Virus record (IMG/VR): IMGVR_UViG_2534681992_000020
Direction: 5' to 3' (one strand)
DNA: 5,276 nt
Source of the DNA: a virus
Lineage: Duplodnaviria > Heunggongvirae > Uroviricota > Caudoviricetes
The notes beneath the pieces were generated by a model. That model was not told the origin of the DNA and searched no databases. It worked only from the letters and a program-made list of their open reading frames with translations. Positions 1-5,276 of the stretch are shown here, in pieces. Position 1 is the stretch's first letter. Every line of letters starts with the position of its first letter. Both the position numbers and the translations under genes were made by a program.

Positions 1-47
1 ACCCAGTTCTGAGCCTCAAGACGATCCTGAATGTAATAAGCGTTCAT
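1..47 (-). CDS. N-terminal 15 codons of a leftward gene that runs off the left edge of the window; product unknown
   Basis: Minus-strand ATG at 45-47, preceded by AGGAG (complement of 55-59) with a 7-nt spacer. The frame is open to position 1 and reads [15 protein letters not shown]. It lies in the same orientation as the upstream 68-aa gene, consistent with a leftward early operon. Confidence 0.35.
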   Translation of the reverse strand, partial: MNAYYIQDRLEAQNW

Positions 48-122
48 GGCTGAACTCCTGAAAATGGCTGTGAAAATATCGCCCGCGAAATGCCAGGCTG
101 ATTAGGTAAACAGGAAAGGGGA

Positions 123-329
123 TTAGTGATTCAGGCCGTTGCCGCGTCCGTCGAGAAAAACTTCCACGAGCAAATCACGGGTATAAGTGCGCTCGATGCC
201 GCGATGCAGATAAAGCCGTCCGCGTAAATTAGCTGATGCAGTCCAGGTTCCATCTTTGTGTTTGACCAGCATTCCTGGCATGACCGCACCGCGATTAACG
301 GTCTGCGTTCCGTAATGTTGATGAACCAT
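123..329 (-). CDS. hypothetical small protein (68 aa), early-left operon
   Basis: ATG at 327-329 (minus) with a strong AGGAG (complement of 335-339) 5 nt upstream. The translation has a balanced, protein-like composition, unlike the overlapping alternative-frame ORF 131-364. I do not recognise the family. Confidence 0.5.
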   Translation of the reverse strand: MVHQHYGTQTVNRGAVMPGMLVKHKDGTWTASANLRGRLYLHRGIERTYTRDLLVEVFLDGRGNGLNH

Positions 330-596
330 AAAAACTCCTGCCCGTAAGCTGGGCTGCTGAACAAATAAGGGGTTGCGCAGTATCTGGCGGTGGATGGCCG
401 CCGGTTGTCATAACTAAGTCGCCTCGTTGAAGCAACTGAGGTATGAAGTGTTGAGTTGATTTCAGCTGGTCACACCGACGTTCACGCGTCCGTTTCACCC
501 CTCGCACTCCCCGGAGCCTGCTGAAATTCAAGCTGCGGATCTAAGCGGTCATCGCAACGGTGAATCAGGTGGTTGCCGTATCGTTGTGTTGTTGCG

Positions 597-670
597 ACAT
601 GGTGATAATAGCCATTGCTATTGGTGATATTAATACTTATTGCTATTGTTAGATGTGTTTTGCTATTAAA
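597..670 (-). promoter_or_regulatory. OL-like operator cluster with a putative leftward promoter (pL-like)
   Basis: Three copies of TTGCTATT at 615-622, 640-647 and 660-667. The first lies in a perfect inverted repeat AATAGC-catt-GCTATT (607-622); the second is an imperfect version, AATACT-tatt-GCTATT (632-647). On the minus strand there is a -10 TATTAT (complement of 605-610) and a weak -35 TTAATA (complement of 628-633) with a 17-nt spacer. The same GCTATTAT element forms the -10 of the rightward promoter at 2585-2592. Confidence 0.45.
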
Positions 671-771
671 TGTTTGATGGCAAAAAGAATTAATTTTGTG
701 ACTTGAATCGCATAGCGATAACTGAAGCGAGGTCGTGGTGGTTTTTTGAACGGTTTGTGTGATGAGGGGAG

Positions 772-801
772 GCAAAAGAAAACCCGGCACGGTGGCCGGG
801 T
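772..801 (-). terminator. intrinsic (rho-independent) terminator ending the repressor operon
   Basis: Seven-bp stem ACCCGGC (782-788) paired with GCCGGGT (795-801) around a 6-nt loop. On the minus-strand RNA it is followed by UUUUCUUUUG (complement of 772-781). It begins 5 nt past the stop (806-808) of the 806-1747 gene. The plus-strand side also has a moderately U-rich tail (UAUCUUUAUU), so it may act in both directions. Confidence 0.75.
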
Positions 802-805
802 ATCT

Positions 806-1747
806 TTATTCGAATGGAAGATCTATTTGCCTTTGAGGATTCAACTGTTTTTTTACATGCTCAATTTCGAATATGGTTTTTATGGCATCTCCGATCATAT
901 ATTGAGTTACTTTTAAATCTACAAGTAACATATCACCTTTAGAAAAATTTAAGGTGTTGTTATCAATATCGCTGATGAATTTCTGGTCTTTTATTTCAGC
1001 CAAAAAGCTACTGGCACCATCAGAAAACCGCCACCGGCTTCCTTCATTGAAGGAAATATTTTTAATTTGAAGGGCTTTCTCTACTGTGTACTCTGAAATT
1101 ATTGATTCTGCTGGTAGATTGACTTTGAAATAATGTGCTTCTTGCTTGTTGATCGTCATGAATGTCAAACCATCATCGACAGTAGAGGCAAAGCTGTCAA
1201 TGCCTTCCTGCTCTAATGGCTTACTTATAACTTCTTGTAATGAAGAGCGAAGTTTAATATTTTTATAAAGTTCAATAACGTTACTGTCGTAGATCTCGCT
1301 TTCGTCATCAACAAAGACTTCGATGTTGCTATCAGGCAAATTGTGTAATTTTTTTATTTTCCTTGGACCTATCCATTTTATCAGTTGAATTAGGCCTTTG
1401 CATATTTTTTCTTTAGAACCAGGACAGAGTCCAATAAAAGCAATCAAATTCGCAGCGGCTGTTGCTGAATCGCCGGATAAAAAATCAACAGCCTGTTTGA
1501 ACCAAGATGTAGATGAGGCAACCAGATCTATTCCAAATGAGCCAGCTTTAAATGATGCATTGACTTTTACAGAAACAACAGTCTTGTTTCCGTAGAGAGT
1601 TTTACCGGCTTCCTCTAATGCATCTGATAGTGATAGAAGGGCAGGAGCAAGGTCTCGCACGTTCATTTCATGCGTTTCCAGTGCCGGACCGTCGTATACT
1701 ATCCTGAACTTCATATCATTGGTTTCCGAATTGTTGCCCGCATCCAT
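806..1747 (-). CDS. hypothetical protein (313 aa from ATG 1747; 317 aa if GTG 1759 is used) in the rexAB-equivalent position downstream of the repressor; candidate exclusion/defence gene, function unknown
   Basis: Long uninterrupted minus-strand ORF. The first ATG (1745-1747) follows a GGTGA Shine-Dalgarno-like element by about 9 nt. The gene is visibly AT-rich compared with flanking phage genes. It sits between the repressor stop (1821) and the terminator (782-801), in the same orientation as the repressor and with no terminator in the 1760-1820 spacer. I see no P-loop or other motif I can name. Confidence 0.8.
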   Translation of the reverse strand: MDAGNNSETNDMKFRIVYDGPALETHEMNVRDLAPALLSLSDALEEAGKTLYGNKTVVSVKVNASFKAGSFGIDLVASSTSWFKQAVDFLSGDSATAAANLIAFIGLCPGSKEKICKGLIQLIKWIGPRKIKKLHNLPDSNIEVFVDDESEIYDSNVIELYKNIKLRSSLQEVISKPLEQEGIDSFASTVDDGLTFMTINKQEAHYFKVNLPAESIISEYTVEKALQIKNISFNEGSRWRFSDGASSFLAEIKDQKFISDIDNNTLNFSKGDMLLVDLKVTQYMIGDAIKTIFEIEHVKKQLNPQRQIDLPFE

Positions 1748-1820
1748 TATGGCATTCACCTGATCACATATACAGTTAATTTACGATATTGTCTTAAATC
1801 TTAAAACTTCTATTGTATGG

Positions 1821-2513
1821 CTACCCATGCTTCCTATACGTCTGCGGCATGCTCCCAATAACCTTACCGAAGATGAACACCCGGTTCATCTCGTCTTTCT
1901 CGATCGGGTCCCAAGGTGAGTAGCTCTTGTTATCAGAGATAACCAGCAGCTTATCCTTCATCATTTGCAGACGCTTTACATGGGCTGTGTCGTCGTACAG
2001 AAACGCATAGATACCATCACCGTCGAAAGATTTAACCGTGATATCAACGAACAGCAGATCACCTGGTTCGATCGTTCCTGACATGCTGTCACCACGCACG
2101 TTAATGATGCGGATATTTTCCGCCTTCCTGCCATCGAACATGTGACGAGCATCGTCAAACGAGTACTCAACCGAGCGTAGAACTTCTACAAACTCACGAT
2201 TGATGACACCCGGCCCGGCACTGACTTCTATATCAAGAACGTCAATCTTGAAGTATTTGGAATGGTTGACAGCAGGCTTCCCTGATTGTTGACCGTCATT
2301 TCTCATCGGGCCTATGCCTGATGAGAGCCACTCAGTTCGAACACCCAATGCATTAGCTATTTCAACAATTTTTGTTGAGCCGCGCGCGTTGCCGCTTGTC
2401 AGTCTCCAGATTGTGGGTTGAGCTACGCCAGACGCCTTTGCAAGAGCGCCTTGAGACATTCCAGATTGTTCCATCGCTAGGTTTAAGCAATCAGCAAGAG
2501 TTTCTTTTTTCAT
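1821..2513 (-). CDS. cI: CI-type prophage repressor (N-terminal XRE-family HTH, C-terminal LexA-like S24 autopeptidase)
   Basis: HTH segment SQGALAKASGVAQPTIWRLTSG. Probable Ala-Gly autocleavage site in EVSAGPG. Catalytic serine motif GDSM and lysine motif VKRL, spaced as in LexA and lambda CI. I place the start at ATG 2511-2513 (MKKETL...) because a minus-strand promoter (-35 TTGACC, complement of 2544-2549; -10 TATAAA, complement of 2523-2528) would start transcription at or just before that ATG, giving a leaderless message as for lambda PRM-cI. The ORF track's 2549 start is a TTG with no ribosome-binding site. Confidence 0.9.
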   Translation of the reverse strand: MKKETLADCLNLAMEQSGMSQGALAKASGVAQPTIWRLTSGNARGSTKIVEIANALGVRTEWLSSGIGPMRNDGQQSGKPAVNHSKYFKIDVLDIEVSAGPGVINREFVEVLRSVEYSFDDARHMFDGRKAENIRIINVRGDSMSGTIEPGDLLFVDITVKSFDGDGIYAFLYDDTAHVKRLQMMKDKLLVISDNKSYSPWDPIEKDEMNRVFIFGKVIGSMPQTYRKHG

Positions 2514-2522
2514 AAGTTTTAA

Positions 2523-2607
2523 TTTATACGCTTGCGTATTGATGGTCAAAACACGTTTTGCTATTGATTGGGTTAATACGCATTGCTATTATCTATTCAT
2601 TGCAATA
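2523..2607. promoter_or_regulatory. OR-like operator cluster with divergent promoters (PRM-like leftward, PR-like rightward)
   Basis: Repeats related to the OL sites: ATACGC-tt-GCGTAT palindrome (2526-2539) over the PRM -10; AACACG-tttt-GCTATT (2550-2565) abutting the PRM -35 and overlapping the PR -35; AATACG-catt-GCTATT (2575-2590) overlapping the PR -10; ATTGCAAT palindrome (2599-2606) near the PR +1. PR has -35 TTGATT (2564-2569), a 17-nt spacer and -10 TATTAT (2587-2592). The 2550-2565 site is centred about 43 bp upstream of the predicted PRM start, the position from which lambda CI at OR2 activates PRM. Confidence 0.6.
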
Positions 2608-2623
2608 CCAATAGGAATTGATA

Positions 2624-2851
2624 ATGACAAATCAAACCATTCAACTCGCAATCAGTATTACAGGTAGTCAAAAACGACTGGCAGATCTATGCGGTGTAGC
2701 CCAACCCACTGTTTGGCGTTGGCTACACGGTGGCGGAATTGATGCCCGCTATGTAATGAAAATTGTCTCAGCCACTGGTGGAAAGATTAAACCAGCAGAT
2801 ATTCGTCCCGACCTCGCACCATTGTTTAACGCGAGTAATTCTGCCGCCTAA
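2624..2851 (+). CDS. Cro-like transcriptional regulator of the YdaS family
   Basis: First gene rightward of the PR-like promoter. ATG at 2624 with a GGAA ribosome-binding site (2614-2617); the ORF track's 2618 start is a TTG. The sequence GSQKRLADLCGVAQPTVWRW...ATGGKI...IRPDL matches, from memory, the conserved pattern of YdaS-type Cro proteins (DUF1019). Confidence 0.8.
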   Translation: MTNQTIQLAISITGSQKRLADLCGVAQPTVWRWLHGGGIDARYVMKIVSATGGKIKPADIRPDLAPLFNASNSAA

Positions 2852-2875
2852 ACTGCGGCGTTAACTGATAAGGCA

Positions 2876-3421
2876 ATGACTATGCAATCACTTACATACC
2901 AACAGACTAGCGGATTTAGCCCGACTGCGGTGATAAATCGTTCTCAAACAAAACAGGCGCCAGGCCACGAAAAAATCCGTGATGCCGTTCGCGCCTGGTC
3001 GGCTGCAGATAATCAGGATGTTGTTGCCGCACTCATTGTGAATGAGTATCGGGAGCAGGGCGGCGGCACCATCGATTTCCCTGATGATGTCAGCCGTGCA
3101 CGCCAGAAGCTGTTCCGCTTCCTCGATAACAAATTCGATTCTGAAAAATACCGAAATAACGTGCGTGAACTGACCCCGGCAATTCTGGCGGTACTACCGC
3201 TGGAATATCGCGGCCACCTGGTTGGGCAGGATAGCTTCATGGCTCGGCTGGCTGAAATGGAAAAGGAACTCAGTGAGGCAAAACAGGCTGTCATTCTCAA
3301 CGCACCACGCCACCAGAAACTGAAGGAGATGAGTGAAGGCATTGTGTCGATGTTTCGTGTGGACCCGGATCTGGCTGGTCCACTGATGGCGATGGTCACC
3401 ACCATGCTGGGGGCAATATGA
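2876..3421 (+). CDS. YdaT-family protein (functional analogue of CII in YdaS/YdaT-type immunity regions)
   Basis: Occupies the cII position immediately after cro. The motifs NEYREQGGGTIDFP and LTPAILAVLPLEYRGHL match, from memory, the conserved core of E. coli YdaT-family proteins. Start is ATG 2876 or 2882; the second has better spacing to the AGG at 2872-2873. Its stop overlaps an in-frame ATG of the next reading frame (ATGA at 3418-3421). Confidence 0.7.
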   Translation: MTMQSLTYQQTSGFSPTAVINRSQTKQAPGHEKIRDAVRAWSAADNQDVVAALIVNEYREQGGGTIDFPDDVSRARQKLFRFLDNKFDSEKYRNNVRELTPAILAVLPLEYRGHLVGQDSFMARLAEMEKELSEAKQAVILNAPRHQKLKEMSEGIVSMFRVDPDLAGPLMAMVTTMLGAI

Positions 3422-3507
3422 CAGGTTCAGAAATGGCGAAAGCCGGTCTGCGCGAACAGAACCGACTTTCAGGTGCAAATCGTAACACACTCATTGCGGG
3501 AGGAATT

Positions 3508-4437
3508 ATGGCAAACACTGCTGAGATATTCAATTTTCCAGTGCCGGATGTGGCACAAAAGGAGCCGCGCGTGGCAGATCTCGATGATGGTTATACGCGC
3601 ATTGCAAATGAGTTGCTGGAAGCTGTAATGCTGGCCGGATTAAAACAGCACCAGCTTCTGGTCTTCCTGGCTGTCATGCGCAAAACATATGGCTTTAATA
3701 AAAAACTGGATTGGGTGAGCAACGAGCAACTTTCCGAATTGACCGGGATATTGCCGCACAAGTGTTCTGCTGCAAAAAGCGTTCTGGTAAAGCGTGGGAT
3801 TCTTATTCAGAGCGGGCGGAATATCGGCATCAATAATGTGGTCAGTGAATGGTCAACATTACCCGAATCAGGTAAGAAAAATAAAGTTTACCTGAAAGAG
3901 GTAAATTTACCTGAGTCAGGTAAGAAAAGTTTACCCAAATCAGGTAAAGGCACTTACCCGAATCAGGTAAACACAAAAGACAAACTAACAAAAGACAATA
4001 TAAAACCTTTTTCGTCCGAGAATTCTGACGAATCCTCTGACCAGCCAGAAAATGCCCTTCCTGTGGTGAAACCGGATGCTGCGATTCAGAGCGGCAGCAA
4101 GTGGGGGACAGCAGAAGACCTGACCGCCGCAGAGTGGATGTTTGACATGGTGAAGACCATCGCGCCATCAGCCAGAAAACCGAATTTTGCAGGGTGGGCT
4201 AACGATATTCGCCTGATGCGTGAACGTGACGGACGTAACCACCGCGACATGTGCGTGCTGTTCCGCTGGGCATGCCAGGACAACTTCTGGTCCGGTAACG
4301 TGCTAAGTCCGGCCAAACTCCGCGACAAGTGGACCCAACTCGAAATCAACCGTAACAAGCAACAGGCTGGCGTGACAGCCGGAAAACCAAAACTCGACCT
4401 GACGAACACTGACTGGATTTACGGGGTGGAGCTATGA
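3508..4437 (+). CDS. O: replication initiation protein O (lambda O family) with a divergent iteron-binding N-terminal domain and a lambda-like C-terminal domain
   Basis: ATG 3508 has a GGAGG (3498-3502) 5 nt upstream. The N-terminus MANTAEIFNF...VADLDDGYTRIANELLEA aligns with lambda O (MTNTAKILNF...VADLDDGYARLSNMLLEA, recalled). The C-terminal ~110 aa (SKWGTAEDLTAAEWMFDMVKTIAPSARKPNFAGWANDIRLMRERDGRNHRDMCVLFRW...WIYGVEL) look almost identical to lambda O as I recall it. Iterons lie inside the gene. The ORF track's 3418 start adds 30 residues with no counterpart in lambda O. Confidence 0.9.
   Translation: MANTAEIFNFPVPDVAQKEPRVADLDDGYTRIANELLEAVMLAGLKQHQLLVFLAVMRKTYGFNKKLDWVSNEQLSELTGILPHKCSAAKSVLVKRGILIQSGRNIGINNVVSEWSTLPESGKKNKVYLKEVNLPESGKKSLPKSGKGTYPNQVNTKDKLTKDNIKPFSSENSDESSDQPENALPVVKPDAAIQSGSKWGTAEDLTAAEWMFDMVKTIAPSARKPNFAGWANDIRLMRERDGRNHRDMCVLFRWACQDNFWSGNVLSPAKLRDKWTQLEINRNKQQAGVTAGKPKLDLTNTDWIYGVEL
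3859..3970. repeat. origin of replication: five iterons (TTACC-N7-GGTAA) followed by an A-rich tract (3971-4013)
   Basis: Iterons at 3859-3876 (ttacccgaatcaggtaag), 3888-3904 (ttacctgaaagaggtaa), 3907-3924 (ttacctgagtcaggtaag), 3931-3949 (ttacccaaatcaggtaaag) and 3954-3970 (ttacccgaatcaggtaa). Each has perfect inverted arms TTACC/GGTAA. They are followed by acacaaaagacaaactaacaaaagacaatataaaacc. This matches lambda ori architecture (iterons plus AT-rich region inside O) but the iteron sequence differs from lambda. Confidence 0.8.
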
Positions 4438-5087
4438 AAAACATCGCCGCACAGATGGTTAATTTTGACCGTGAGCAGATGCGCCGGATCGCCAATAACA
4501 TGCCGGAACAGTACGACGAAAAGCCGCAGGTACAGCAGGTAGCGCAGATTATCAATGGTGTGTTCAGCCAGTTACTGGCAACTTTCCCGGCGAGCCTGGC
4601 TAACCGGGACCAGAATGAACTGAACGAAATCCGCCGCCAGTGGGTTCTGGCTTTCCGGGAAAACGGGATCACCACGATGGAACAGGTTAACGCAGGAATG
4701 CGCGTAGCCCGTCGGCAGAATCGACCATTTCTGCCATCACCCGGGCAGTTTGTTGCATGGTGCCGGGAAGAAGCATCCGTTATCGCCGGACTGCCAAACG
4801 TCAGCGAGCTGGTTGATATGGTTTACGAGTATTGCCGGAAGCGAGGCCTGTATCCGGATGCGGAGTCTTATCCGTGGAAATCAAACGCGCACTACTGGCT
4901 GGTTACCAACCTGTATCAGAACATGCGGGCCAATGCGCTTACTGATGCGGAATTACGCCGTAAGGCCGCAGATGAGCTTGTCCATATGACTGCGAGAATT
5001 AACCGTGGTGAGGCGATCCCTGAACCAGTAAAACAACTTCCTGTCATGGGCGGTAGACCTCTAAATCGTGGTAAGCGTACAGCCTGA
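4434..5087 (+). CDS. P: replication protein P (lambda P, DnaB helicase loader), C-terminally truncated and fused to IS-derived codons
   Basis: The start overlaps the O stop (ATGA at 4434-4437), as in lambda. Residues 1 to about 212 (MKNIAAQMVNFDREQMRRIANNMPEQYDEKPQVQQ...PVMGGRPLNR) match lambda P as I recall it. After codon 212 the sequence departs from lambda (expected AQALAKIAEIKAKFGLKGASV) and reads GKRTA-stop, encoded by the inserted element starting at about 5071. Confidence 0.9.
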   Translation: MKNIAAQMVNFDREQMRRIANNMPEQYDEKPQVQQVAQIINGVFSQLLATFPASLANRDQNELNEIRRQWVLAFRENGITTMEQVNAGMRVARRQNRPFLPSPGQFVAWCREEASVIAGLPNVSELVDMVYEYCRKRGLYPDAESYPWKSNAHYWLVTNLYQNMRANALTDAELRRKAADELVHMTARINRGEAIPEPVKQLPVMGGRPLNRGKRTA

Positions 5088-5276
5088 ACCGTCTGGTCAG
5101 AATCTGACGAATTAGACAAAGTGGTGTCCACCAAATAAGTAGTGGGAACCAAAGTGTCAGATATGCAGAAAAATGTGACTCCCGGCAGGCGAAAAGGCTG
5201 CCCTAATTATCCTCCCGAATTTAAACAGCAGCTCGTTGCTGCCTCCTGTGAACCCGGGATATCCATCTCAAAACTT
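5071..5276 (+). mobile_element. left end of an insertion sequence (probably IS66-family-like) inserted into the 3' end of P; continues beyond the window
   Basis: Lambda-like P sequence stops abruptly after ...aaatcgtg (5070). The new sequence begins GTAAGCG (5071-5077), the terminal motif I recall for IS66-family inverted repeats. A transposase-type ORF starts 92 bp inside. The right end and any target-site duplication are outside the window. Confidence 0.55.
5163..5276 (+). CDS. transposase accessory protein OrfA/TnpA (HTH), N-terminal 38 codons; partial at the right edge
   Basis: ATG at 5163; open frame to the end of the window reading MQKNVTPGRRKGCPNYPPEFKQQLVAASCEPGISISKL. The Y-x2-EFK-x2-V...S-x-S pattern is typical of the small HTH first ORF of IS3/IS66-type elements. 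It is absent from the ORF track only because it has no stop inside the window. Confidence 0.6.
   Translation, partial: MQKNVTPGRRKGCPNYPPEFKQQLVAASCEPGISISKL

Noticed and set aside
131-364. 77-aa minus-strand ORF overlapping the 68-aa gene
   Set aside because: Alternative frame of 123-329 with a Cys/Trp/Phe-rich translation and no ribosome-binding site, whereas the 123-329 frame has a strong AGGAG.
482-790. 102-aa minus-strand ORF
   Set aside because: Spans the operator cluster and begins inside the terminator hairpin; low-complexity translation; overlaps predicted promoter elements.
1398-1595. 65-aa plus-strand ORF
   Set aside because: Lies entirely inside and antisense to the well-supported 806-1747 gene, with no ribosome-binding site; most likely a chance ORF.
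806-1759. Calling the rex-slot gene rexA or rexB
   Set aside because: The translation does not resemble lambda RexA as I recall it, and there is no second small membrane-protein gene (RexB-like) between it and the terminator; only the position is equivalent.
1976-2170. 64-aa minus-strand ORF
   Set aside because: An alternative frame inside the repressor gene with a Cys/Thr-rich junk-like translation; the repressor frame carries recognisable HTH and S24 motifs.
2873-2891. Direct repeat GCAATGAC / GCAATCAC (TTGC-N7-TTGC on the minus strand) at the start of the CII-position gene, reminiscent of lambda CII sites at PRE
   Set aside because: The CII analogue here is YdaT-type, not lambda CII; the spacing is N7, not N6; and the repeat is short enough to be coincidental.
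3013-3490. Minus-strand ORFs 3013-3405 and 3194-3490
   Set aside because: Antisense to the YdaT-family gene; Ser/Arg-rich translations typical of reverse-frame artefacts.
3418-3507. Upstream ATG at 3418 as the O start (30-residue N-terminal extension)
   Set aside because: Lambda O aligns from the internal ATG at 3508, which has a GGAGG 5 nt upstream; the extension has no counterpart in O-family proteins. The ATGA overlap with the upstream stop means coupling-driven initiation at 3418 cannot be fully excluded.
3859-3970. CRISPR-like array
   Set aside because: The repeats are about 17-19 bp, internally palindromic, separated by only 2-12 bp rather than spacer-length unique sequence, lie inside the O reading frame and are followed by an A-rich tract; this is an iteron origin.
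3842-5152. Minus-strand ORFs 3842-4168, 4086-4409, 4346-4675 and 4916-5152, and plus-strand ORF 4750-4989
   Set aside because: All lie antisense to, or in alternative frames of, the O and P genes, which are supported by strong recalled identity to lambda.

Overview
This window is the immunity/early-replication region of a lambdoid prophage, most likely from an enterobacterium. All calls are from reading the sequence and from recalled protein families; no search or alignment was run. Left to right: the start of a leftward early operon (a partial gene at 1-47 and a 68-aa gene, both with AGGAG ribosome-binding sites), an OL-like operator cluster with a leftward promoter (~600-670), an intrinsic terminator (782-801), an AT-rich 313-317-aa gene of unknown function on the minus strand (806-1747/1759), a CI-type repressor with an HTH and a LexA-like S24 autopeptidase domain (1821-2513), an OR-like operator cluster with divergent promoters (2523-2607), a Cro-like YdaS-family gene, a YdaT-family CII-analogue gene, a lambda-type O replication initiator with five in-gene origin iterons, and a lambda-type P helicase loader. 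P has lost its C-terminus to an insertion sequence whose left end and transposase start occupy 5071-5276. The most interesting element is the unknown gene sitting exactly where lambda carries rexA-rexB, downstream of the repressor and bounded by its own terminator. That position is a known hotspot for prophage-encoded exclusion or abortive-infection genes, and I cannot assign this protein to any family.
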